From assembly GCF_000143415.4 (NCBI RefSeq), contig NW_003314373.1:124001-188000 (forward strand): a stretch of DNA of 64,000 bases, written 5' to 3'. The first letter of the stretch is position 1; each line of letters starts with the position of its first letter. Shown piece by piece: positions 1 through 10,788 of this stretch. The notes beneath the pieces were generated by a model. It saw only the letters and a list, made by a program, of their open reading frames with translations. It ran no database searches and had not been told where the DNA came from. Both the position numbers and the translations under genes were made by a program. This DNA is from Selaginella moellendorffii. Its lineage: Eukaryota > Plantae > Lycopodiophyta.

Positions 1-2087
1 TACCCGGTAAGGTTCTCGATAGGCCTCTGCTGCGGGGTCGAGCTGTTTCTGAAGCCGGCGGTCGACATCCCTCTTAATGAAATTTGGATACTGATTCAAC
101 TTCTCAGCTTTACTTTTCGTGGCATCCCACAGCAGATCGATGAACTTGGGGGCCCCCTTCACGTAGTCGTCGATGTCTTCATTTGACGACTCCAGCTCTT
201 CCATCATCTCTTGCGTGGTGTCGATGCTCACCCTCTCCACGGCCACTTGCTCAAAGATCCAATCCTTCAATAGCGCACGAGCTCTCAGAGTCGTGCACAA
301 GTCCTCGTATGTCACAATATGGCTAGGAGTCATTTTGGTCTTGTTGAAGACTACCTCACCACGTAGAAGAACATTAGCCACTGTCAGAAGGTCATCGTCG
401 TCTAAAGACCGCGAGAAATGCAAGGCGTTGAGCTTCAAATCATTGGGCTTCCGGCCGTCCTCCACACCCATTGAGTTTAGCAACTCCCCGTCATGGTACC
501 TCCTCAGCACATCTACCCATTTTTCAAAAACAACTTTTGTCGCGAGTAAAATGTTATGGATGCTGAATGTGTCATTGACCCCCAGTGTTTTCGAGAGAAG
601 ACTCGAGAATTCCTGCAATGGAAATGGCGTGAGGCCACATGCTATGCCACATGCAACGAGGCTTACCTGCCAGGCGCTAGTTGCTAGTGCACGTCCTTGT
701 CCTGGTTTTTGTGGCTTCTTCAGTTGAACCCAGAGCTTCCGTGTTCATGCCAATGTCTCGTGCAGACCCGATTTGTAGCACGTTTCTTGCTTGACATTCT
801 GTGCGTGGGAGATGGATATGATAGATCGGAGGGGCGAGTTGCCTTTTATCAGGCGGACAACTCTTATCTTGAAGACTTTCTTCACCTCCTCGCCCACCAT
901 AATATCCACAACTATCTCTTGCATCGCCAAGCTAGAATGCTGCCTGGAGACGGCATAGAACCGGATGTTCTGATCGTCCAACACCTTCCTATTGATCAAG
1001 TCTGGAAACCTCGTCTCGCCCTTCATTGTTCGGTAGTAGGGGATCACGTCTGCGATGTCGGGTGTTACTGGACTTGCCAGCATCTTCTGCTTCAGTTTCT
1101 CCACCCACTCATCAGATACTAGCCTGTGGTTGTATTTGCTTTGGATGTCGATACGGCTCACGTCGATTGTATATACTTTGTTGGAATAGTAACAAGTACT
1201 ATTATCTGCGACGATTTTTGCTGCCTCTTCTTGCTCTTTCTGCTCTTTGCGGCTCTTCTTTTTGGTGGGTGTAGTGTTTGAACCCGAGGCAATGGCATCA
1301 CCAAGTAGCTTCTTTTTTGGAGCAAGAGAGTCGGACGTCGGCTTGAGCTTGACCACCCTTTTCTGCTTCGGGGTAGTTTCCAGATCGACCCCCTTCCCCT
1401 TCGCTTCGCGAACTGGAGGCACTCTCAACGGCTCAATGTTGGAATATAGTTTTTGAACATCGCCGTAGGTGAGGTCCGTGGATTCCATGTGATCTTCATA
1501 GACCCGCAGCGTCTTTGAAATTGTGGGCCTCCTGGACAACCTCTCCCTAGCTCCCTCTAGGAATTCCTCATAGCCGCTGCCCCCCTCTAGAAAGCCGCTA
1601 GGATGTGCAAGGTGGATCTTGAAGGCGGACGCTGTCTATACCACAAGTGCCAGTCCATATTCTTGCATGGAACTGCATGGAGTGTCTGTCACTTGGATGA
1701 GGATCCCCATGCATTCTTTTCTCCCACCATCTGTGTTGTACAGCCTCAGATCCTCGCCTTCCATCTCGAAAGTCCAACTGGTGAGCTCCTCCCCCTTCTT
1801 TGCATCCACATTGACAGTGGCTGGAAGAAGAACGCAATTCCTCGCCTGTTCAGAAATGCACAACAATTAGAGCTAACAGATGAAAAACTAGCAGCTGGAA
1901 ATAACGTGAGGCCACACGCCATTCACCACTGCATCAGATGTCTTGAGGCTGCATCCTAAGATGGCGTGAGGCTACACGCCATCTGTAACCGGACTGCACT
2001 CGAGAGCCCAATCGGTGCATGCCAATGTTACTACTGAATGGCATGTGGCCTCATGCCATTTTCTACTTGGCCTAAAAGACTTACCAT
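1..2087 (-). pseudogene. ParB/Srx-like domain protein, spliced, with in-frame stops; 3' part runs off the window
   Basis: ORFs 1636-1866 and 745-1539 are in one frame, separated by a TAG at 1636-1638. Reading through TGA 745-747 reaches a GT-AG intron (666-613) and then a stop-free 204-codon exon 612-1 (EFSSLLSKTLG...REPYRV). The segment IDVSRIDIQSKYNHRLVSDEWVEKLKQKM...FYAVSRQHSSLAM resembles ParB N-terminal boxes (R...V..L...; GxH/GxxR..A). Possible ATG|GTAAG at 2087-2085; 5' exon structure uncertain. Confidence 0.6.
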
Positions 2088-2309
2088 TTGAAGCCGAATG
2101 AAGGCATGACAATCAAGGCCGGACTCGCTGGCGAATGTGCACTGTGTGTGCAGCGGATCGTAGCAGCAAGGCTACTCTGCCACTTAACAGTTGGAGAGTG
2201 GCGCTAAAATCTCTCGAGACGCCAAGTGGGCTGCGTGTGGGTGGCGGAGTGGGCGGCGGAGTTGGCGGCGAAGTTACAAACTGGGTGTGTCTTGAAGTGG
2301 ACGCTGATG

Positions 2310-2510
2310 CACACGAGCGCAATACGAGCGCGATGCGAGCGCGAGTGTGATGCAAGCGCGAGTGGACGCCGATGCACACGAGAAACCTGTAGAGAAGGTA
2401 GATAAGTGCGAATGTGAGCGTGATCGCGAGTGGGAGCGCGATGCGAGCGCGAGCGCGAGTGTGCGAGCGCGAGTACGAAGCAAAATGCAAAACCTAACCT
2501 CACACGCGCG
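2310..2510. repeat. CpG-rich low-complexity (GCGA/GCGCGA) tract upstream of the ParB-like gene
   Basis: gcgagcgcgagtgtg-type repeats; a comparable GCGAGCGGC-rich tract lies at about 4430-4640 upstream of the transposase. Confidence 0.7.
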
Positions 2511-3680
2511 AAATGTCACAACGGTTGGTAATCCCGCCACGTCATCATTCCTCGGACTTGGGCGCCACCATTAATTTCTGGATTGCCGCACGCATGCAAG
2601 CACGCAAAATCCAAAAGAAATCCGCAACGTCATCATTCCTCGGACTGTATGCACGCGAAATCCAAAAGAAAGATCATGATTGGGATATCATTTAATACCC
2701 TCGCTATATTTATACCATGCATGATTGGATATTCCAAAGCATCTTGTATTTCCAAAAATGGCAGATGTTCAGCTAAATAAAGAAATTCTATCTGTTTCTA
2801 TTTTTCTCTCAAATCAATATTATAGCGTGTGGGCTCATGCAATTTTGAACCAAAGAAACCCAAAAAACGTTGGACCCAAAATATTTTGAAAAAACCCAAA
2901 ACATTTTAAACCCAAAAATCCAGGCGTCCTGTGGCGTTATTCCTTGAATGGCGTGTGGGCGCATGCCATTTTCAGGGCCAAATGCTGAATGGAGAAAAAT
3001 TCCCTTTCAGTGCAAATGCTGCAAGAGGCAGATGCCGAGCACAAAGGACTGTAACTACCTCACATGACACAGATAAACTTTTCTCTATTTGGCAAAGATA
3101 AACTTTATAGCATGTGGGCTCATGCAATTTTGAACCCAAAAAATGCACCAAAAAATTCTCGGCGTCATCTAGCGTTATCTCTTGAATGGCGTGGGGCCGC
3201 ATGCCATTTTCAGGGGCACATAAGAGTATATTCCTAGGATATTCTGACACGCGTGAGATTTTTTTGAGTTTTCTGGAGATCCAACCGTTAGATCGCAACT
3301 AGATTTTACAGAATGGTATACAATGTCTTTCTTGATGACCCTGCAAAGAAGCATCTCGATCGGACACCACATGAGACCACACGAGCCTTACAATGTTTCA
3401 AGGGCATTTGCCATAGATTCGACCGTTATTTTGCTCCAAGATTTTACAGTTTGGTGTGCATTGACCTTTCCATCGACACTGCGAAGGGACATCACAATCA
3501 GATGCGGGATCACAAGAAACTAACTTCACTAACTCTGGTTTCACCAAGATCTACGTAAGGAGTTATGAAATGAAAGGACCCTCTCTATTGAAATGTGTTT
3601 ATGGTCCTAGGGGCATTGTGACATATCAAAGGATTTTGCATCAAGTTCTGTATTTGCATGTTTATCAAGCTACTGAATTA

Positions 3681-3707
3681 CTAAACCCTAAACCCTAAAC
3701 CCTAAAC
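3681..3707 (+). repeat. Interstitial plant telomere-type repeat (CCCTAAA)n
   Basis: ctaaaccctaaaccctaaaccctaaac. Confidence 0.85.
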
Positions 3708-5001
3708 ATGTGGCAAATGCTGCGTGAAAAAAGATGCCCTTTCTGGGCAAATGCTGTAAGAGGCAGATGCCGAGCAGATGTATCTCAGGCTAGCGAAGGG
3801 GACAAACGAAAGCTAGCTATAAACATGACGGGATGCAAATAGATTACTAGGCTGGTCCTGCGAAAATCAAAAACTTTAATTGAAAACATTGAAAATGCAA
3901 AAAGAAAGGTTTATAATATTTTTGAATTTTAAGCAACCAAAGGAATGTAAGTAGGGCATGTGTTTGTAAGTTTAAAAATGCCTCAACCACTTAAATTCCC
4001 AAGTAAATAAAGCTGTTTTTATTTTTGGTACAGGTAAACTTTATAGCGTGTGGGCTCATGCAATTTTGAACCCAAAAATGCACCAAAAAATGCTCGACTA
4101 GCATTATTCTTTGAATGGCATGTGGCCTTATATTGCCATAAATGGACGTACACACACAGCATAATTATTCCTTTACACGGCGAATAATCTTGGCGCAGAT
4201 CGCTGACATGGCATGGCAAAGTTCGAATCACTGACATGGCACAACTGGATCGAGGCAAGGACATGATGTGACGAAGTTCAACCTCCGACAGCAAAGTCTA
4301 GAAGCTACTCAGTTTGAAATTTGTCAGAGGAGTCATAAGATCTGGTTTGTTAGAGGATTTGATGTGACGTTCAAGCGTGTGTTATTTTTGAATTCTCAAA
4401 CTCATTCCTAGGTCTATCATTTTTGTGCGCCGTGTTCTTGGTTCCGCTGAGCGCAGTGAGCGCTGCTTGTGTAAGCGGCGTTGTGAGCTGTGGTTTATGC
4501 GTCTACAAGCGGTTGCAGCATTGCGAGCGCCATTGCGAGCGGCAGTTTATGCGAGTGGCAGTTTGTGCAAGCGGCGCTACGAGCAGTTGCGGTGTTGCGA
4601 GCGGCGCTACAAGTAGTTGTGGTGTTACGAGCGGCACTGTCTTTGGTGTGGCTACCGCTTCCTCTTGATATTCGGCACTTGTGCTTCCTAGTATGTTCAC
4701 CATGGAATGGCTTAGGACCACATTTAGAAATGGCATGAGGCCACATGCCATCTTGGGCCCTTGCAATTTCATGGCTAGCGTATTGTCATGTATGTTTTTA
4801 CTTGCCTGCAGCTGTGTGTATATCAAGATGGCATGAGGGCTCATGCCAATTTTGTGAATGCGAAATTTCACGTGGGTGTCAATAGCATGTTTGAATAATG
4901 GCATGTGGCCTCATGCTATTGAGGTTGTTTGGTATGTTATGATTTAGGCCATTCTCCAATCATTTTTTGTATGGTCTTAACTTCTTTTCTGCACTTTCAG
5001 A

Positions 5002-8000
5002 ATGGCTTTCAAGGTTGGGGAAAAAGTTTACATTTTGAATGGTGGGAAGAAAGTTGCAAAAGGGACCCTTGTGTCTATGGATCGGAACTTTGTTATACAC
5101 TGTTAAAGGCTTGGGGAAGGCAATGCTGCTGTATCAGTAGAGACTGTCTTCGATGGGAATGTGGTCGCTATTGAACGAAGAGAGATGGTCGTCGGGGTAA
5201 ATGTTGTTGTTGCCTTGAAAAATCTTCAGAAGAAAGCAGATGTTGGGGACAGCGCAAGTGCGACGCATGTTCCCTCCGTGGATCTTAAGAACCGTGCTAC
5301 ATGGATTCAGGCGAAGGCGTTTCTAAACAACCCCGAGGGGGAGGTGGTAGCTGAGGGCTTAGCCACAGTTGTCGATCCAAGAGATGCGGTTGCTAATCAA
5401 GAATTGGGCTGGGATGATATTGGAGTTGCGATTTTAGAGGTTGTTGACACAGAAGAAAACAGTCTGACTATTGGAAGCATTGTGCGGTGGAAATTGAGGC
5501 ACTTAGTGTTTGAGAATGTGAAGGATTCACAATCAAACACCACTACAACTGATGACAGAACATCTCTTCATGGGAAAAGAAATTACACCTTCCTAAAGCG
5601 CAGCCAAAGGGATCTGAGCAACGAACCGAAAAGGCAGAAAATGGCGATGGAGGTTCAAATGGTCTCGACAGTTGCTTGTTGCAAGAGGAGGTGCTGTCAA
5701 CATGCTGATTAGGATGCTATTGAAGAGGAGAGAGCAAGATACAAGACATTGTCCTGGAAGGCAGCTCGCAATTTTGTGTATGAGGCATTACGGTCATCTG
5801 TTGATGCTTCAGAACATCAGGTGGGGGGTATGGTCTTCCAGAGGGGTTTGGTCTGCATGAAGGCATGGAGAATCATTTATGGAGTCCCTTGAACCACATT
5901 CTACAGAATCAAAACTGAGTTCGAGGAACAAAGGGTTCAACAGGCAGTCCATGGGAACGATGGTACGCACAAAACCAGGGGTCATGTTGTATATGGAGAG
6001 GCAATCTTCAAGAGGTTTGTCGAGACATGTAGCGAGCAGCAACCACATAAAACCTGCCTCTTGGAAGATGGAACACGAAACACCCAACGAGTTCTCCCTT
6101 CCATGTATACCAAGGGGGCCATATTGGAAGATGTGAATCGGGAACTCCAGAGTAATGGCTACAGGAAGCTAAGCCAATCTAGATTTAATAGATTGTGGAG
6201 CAACAGGTTCAGGGATGTGAGTATAGGAAAGTACTCCAGCTTTTCAAAGTGTGATGAGTGCACTGCTATCAAAATGGCTTTGTCGAAGAATTCTTGCAGC
6301 GCTCAAGAGCGAGAGACGTTGGTTAAAAGGCGGCTCGACCACAACATCGAGCAGAGAAGCTGCAGGACTGCATATTATCATAACAGGATTCTCTCCATGG
6401 AGAGACCTGACTCTTACCTCTGCATCATCCACGACAAAATGGACCAGAAAAAGACGTGCTTACCTCGACTCAATCTTGCCCCCAAGGCAATCTCTTCATC
6501 CATGCAGCTGCCTGTGTCTCTGTTTCGCATAATCGCTCATGGGCATGGTGCCCAGAACTATGGGAACTTCTTTGTACCTCTATGGGGTGGCGGGGGTGCA
6601 AACATGATGATTGTGTCCCTAGCAAAACACTTAAGGTCTTTGCAAAGTGCGCAGACTGAGCTGCGGCCAACCCTTGCATAAGGCCCTTGTCGATCGAACC
6701 CCATACAGGGTTCAGCTGGAGGAGGAGCAAAGGCTTGCAGTATCGCGTGGGGCCCCATGCCATCCCAGTGAATATGTTGGCCGTCAGATTGTAGGGTTAT
6801 CACGTGAGGCCTCATGCCATTCCGACGAGGCTGGTCGCCCGGTGAATGCACAGTCTCATCCAAATGAAGCAAAATCTCAAGGAAGTTCTTGCGGCCGATG
6901 TGGCCTTCCACCCCATCTTCTGCTCCAAACAAACAATGCTGGCAGTGAGAACAAAAACATGTACGTCTTCGCGTACTTGGCGATGCTTGTTGCCAAAGGC
7001 ATATTTGAAACGGTTACACTTGGCTTTCTCATGGTTGGGCACACTCATGAAGACGTCAATGCCATGTTCAGTCACTTGGCAGAGTCCCTCCGACGATCCA
7101 ATGTCCTCACCCTCCCACAACTCTACGATGAATTCCAAAATTGCATCAAAGGCACTGTTGAAACTGCACTTCTGACAGAGGTTCCAGACTTTAAGGGGTT
7201 TGTAAGAGGCTATATCAGGGACGGATCCGAAACGCTGATTGGCCACTCCAAGCCTCTTTAGTTTCATTTCAGCATGTGTGACGGTGCTCTAGTGATGAGG
7301 TACAAGATGAGAGAATGGGACACAGTGTGGCTGCCAGTGGACGGCATTGAACTCTTCAAGAGAGATCCCATAACTGGGGAATCTATGATTCCTCAGGGTT
7401 CTCCACGGCCGATGCACCCGGATGGACTCAAAGACCAGGAAAGTATAGTGGCCGGGATTAGACAACATATTGCCTTCTGGAAGAGGGGGTTGGTGTTTGG
7501 TGGAGAATCCTATTTTCAGAGGTGCAAGCCTTTGCTCGAATACTGGGAGAAGATTATATCTGCTATCCAAAATGGGCCGGTTGTATATGAAGAATTGGAA
7601 GAGTCCTTTTGGCCAGAACCCAGAGCACCAGATAGTAGCGGAACAATGTCCTCTGGAAATGCAGTGACAGATAACGATGTTGGGGATCACTATTGTGGGC
7701 CGAGGAACAAGAAGCCGGATTCAGCATTCAATCCAGTACAGGTCTGCAAAGGAATGGTCGTGCTTGTCAGACCTAGTAATAAAAAACAAATGATATGGGT
7801 GGGGCGCTGCATCACTGATGCAGAGGAGGACGCGGAAACTAACTCCTTCAATGTAACTGTGGAGTGGTTCAAGCCAAGTTTCGGATATACGAAGGATTGC
7901 CTAGAAAAGAGATGGGTGCTGAATCCAAGGGATCCCAGCATGAGCATATCAGTGGATAATGTTGTGCATGGTTGGATGCGGAAGCAGAGTGCCACCATCA

Positions 8001-8141
8001 CCTTGCCAGACCACGCAAGAGATGCAGCAAGAGCATTCATAACCCGGGTTCAAGGTGAGATTCATTAATATTCCTTTACTAAGTTTCTAATGTATTTTAT
8101 TTTAAGGTGAACAATCCGAATCTGAATCAGAGGAGGCGTGA
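5002..8141 (+). pseudogene. DDE transposase-like protein (Sola-related/DUF7869-type core) with two N-terminal En/Spm TNP1-like domains, Cys-rich segments and a C-terminal beta-rich domain
   Basis: Frame 1 from ATG 5002 reads through stops at 5104, 5710 and 5890 (MAFKVGEKVYILNGGKKVAKG...; EGEVVAEG...IVRW; CCKRRCC; VCMKAWRIIYGV...HGNDG; KCDEC; IIHDKMD). It shifts near 6650 to frame 2 (LLLQTNNAGSENKN...FLMVGHTHEDVNAMFS), has a stop at 7259, continues as ORF 7274-8068, then a short intron and last exon ending TGA 8139-8141. Confidence 0.75.
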
Positions 8142-10269
8142 TGGCATGTGGCCTTACGCCATTCCTAGGTGAGATGATACAAATAACAAGTATAAATTCT
8201 TAGTTGTTCTAGCAAATCTTACTTAAAGTTTAAGGTGAACAAGCTGAATATGAATTCATCGGATTGTTATAACAAATTGCGAGGTGATGGCATGAGGCGA
8301 TACGCCATTTGAGAGTGGTAGCCATTCCTATATGAGGTGAGTGAAATATTTATTAGAAATACCTCATTCAATTGTGCACTTCTAAGTCTTGGTCCACTCA
8401 GTACTGTTTGCATGTTTTTATTTTAATTCTTTCTCTAAAATGTTATTTAGCATGTGGCTTCATGCCATTGCTCTCCACAATCATGCATTGAATTTTTCTA
8501 TCCTTGCATAATACTTCTCCATATATATAGCATGTGCACACATGTGATATGGTTCATTAGGCTTGATATAGTGTGTGAGGTAAAACAAAGATGATGTGAC
8601 ATATGCATTTACCAATCACGCATAAATCTAATAATATGGCGTGTGGCCCATATTAATGGCACATAAACCCATATTGTGGGCTTACGTGCTTTATGTACCA
8701 TCATTCCCTTGCAGCGTGTGTATTGGTTTCCTTTTATAACACAACAAACTCCATATTTTAGGGTGAAGAGTGTTCTCATGGCAAGCACAAATCTGTAAGT
8801 GAGGCAGAAAAGGAGATGGAGAAGGAGATAGGTGAAGATGTAGAATATATAAGTCTTCCAAACTCCCCGTACTATACTCCAGGTGATCATTTTTCTGAAC
8901 AAACGGCAACATTAACAACTATCGAGAACGCCCTAGTAACGTCAGAGACAACAATCCAAAGCAAAACAACTGACCCGGAGAAGGATGATAGTACCGCTGA
9001 GAGTACCAAAAAGGAGGTGTCCACTAGCGCTTAGGCTTATAATGACGTGTGCCCTCATGCCATTTACTTGATCACCAAATACCTTTTTCCCTTTGCACTA
9101 GTATATCTTAATACCGGTCTGAGAAATAGAATGGCATGTGCCCTTAGGCCTTTTACTAAATCACCTTTGAAAGAAATGCAAGCCTCTATGTCGTAAAAAA
9201 AAGGTACTAGAGAAATTCCTTAATAATATGAATGTTATTTAGTTTCATGAAAATACACTAAGGGTCAAATGAGTTAAATGACTTCTCCAGACTAGCAATG
9301 CCTCTTGCTACACCTTCACAATTAGATTCGTTAGAAAAAGATAACATTGAATAATATCTAAATGTTCTCACCATTAAGTTATATGTCTGGCTAATAGGAA
9401 TGACGTTCATCTTGGAAAGCTCACCACATGCTCAATGAACAAACAAATAGTGTGTGCGCGCATGCCATCGCTCTTCTTTAGCTTCAGATTCGGCTTGTTC
9501 ACCTTGACAATGAGATTTATTATACAACCAGATGGACTCAGTCTGGACATAAAGTCACCGCGCTAGTCACCATGCCCCAGATATGTCTAGCCCCTGGACA
9601 AAAAACATATAATTTCACGTCATTTTCAAATACTTGAAAATTTGTACCTAGTCCCATTTTACTGAATAAATCCCACTTTAACGAAATAGAGCATACAGCT
9701 AGATTACTTTGTAAGTATATAGTGTAAGCAAAACTTATATTTGTGAAATTACCTATACAAAAAGAAAATAGCACTAAGATTTTTCCTAGATAGAGAAATA
9801 GTCTGTTTATTTAAGCTGGAGGCAAATCCTAAGTATTATAACCTGCAAAGGATTTATAAAATTCTGCCTACTAAACAATTGCTAAAATTTTATCCAATCT
9901 TAAACAAAGAAGTTATTATAGGAATTTTAACGGTTTACAATAAAGCTTAGATACCCATAGGTAGAAATACACTTGTTAATAATTGGGTTAATAAACATTA
10001 GATCAATCTTGAATCTAAATTGATAGGCAACAAATTTTTTAGAGTAAAAATCTCTTAAAATGGATCATACATAAGTAAGATAGATATTCTATGAAAAACA
10101 ACATTTGTTGCTCAAAAAATTCCTAAAACTTTCATATAAGAAATGTTTTAGACATTCGACCTTTAGAATAAAGCCATCCCCATTTCAAAATTGATTAGGA
10201 AGCTAAGTGCTTACTCTTAAGAGTGATTGATAGGCCAATTTGCAAAATGAATACATTATATATCAAAAC

Positions 10270-10779
10270 TATAAGAAACCAACTCCCCGAGGTGTTGAAG
10301 GTTAAAGGATCCCCAAAATCATGACTAAAATGATAAAGAGTTCATCAGATGGGACCAAGTCTGAGATTGAGTTCGAGACCGACTCTAAGACCGAGTTCGA
10401 GACCGAGTCTGAGATTGAATCCAAGAGCAACTCCAAGACCAATTTCGAGACCGAGTTCAAGAGTGAGTCCAAAACTGAGATCGAGTCCAAATCTGAGATC
10501 AAGTCTGAGATCAAGCCCGAGATAAAGTCAAAGGTCAGGTTCGAGATCGAGTCCAAGATTGAGTCTGAGACCAAGTCCAAGGTTGAGTCCGAGATCGAGT
10601 CCGAGACCGAGTCCGAATACTAATAAAGATCATGGAGTGAAAGCCCAAAGCGTGTGTCTCCTAGGCAAAGGGGGCTGTAGGGGGTTCCAAAAGTATAGTA
10701 GGGATAGTGAGGTCCAAGAACTAGTCTTGAAGGAACTCTCTAGTGGTGCTTCCAAATTGACTTGAGGTTGAGATTGGAT
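10270..10779 (+). repeat. 5' LTR (truncated) containing a hexamer tandem array (GAGTCC/GAGATC/GAGACC)
   Basis: Aligns by eye with 15027-15475 and 17533-18027. Homology stops near 10779 and runs directly into gag; no PBS seen. Confidence 0.85.
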
Positions 10780-10788
10780 TGCTGGGAG

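Larger units (their letters stand above)
624..9468. repeat. Dispersed 22-bp imperfect palindrome family, consensus ATGGCRTG-WGGCCW-CAYGCCAT, about 22 copies
   Basis: Copies start at 624, 1901, 1961, 2038, 2822, 2948, 3107, 3186, 4043, 4115, 4730, 4828, 4898, 6742, 6799, 8141, 8287, 8447, 8636, 9042, 9131, 9447. Example: ATGGCATGAGGCCACATGCCAT at 4730-4751. Confidence 0.92.
1..9510. mobile_element. Decayed DNA-transposon-like element (left end outside window, right end approximate) with divergent ParB-like and DDE transposase-like genes
   Basis: Two divergent disrupted genes (1-2087 minus; 5002-8141 plus) share an element-specific 22-bp palindrome family spanning 624-9468, with internal segmental repeats between them. 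No TIR or TSD identified. Confidence 0.7.

Noticed and set aside
173-727. Plus-strand 184-aa ORF
   Set aside because: Antisense shadow of the minus-strand exon 612-1.
624-9468. Palindromic repeats as a CRISPR array
   Set aside because: Spacing is highly irregular (tens of bp to about 1.8 kb), copies are degenerate, the context is eukaryotic and there are no cas genes.
9510-10269. Right terminus (TIR/CACTA end) of the DNA transposon
   Set aside because: No identifiable terminal motif, and the left end is outside the window so no comparison is possible.
10302-10623. SEIE/PSPR-repeat ORFs (also 15099-15399 and 17565-18138) as genes
   Set aside because: They are translations of the LTR hexamer array, open in different frames in different copies.
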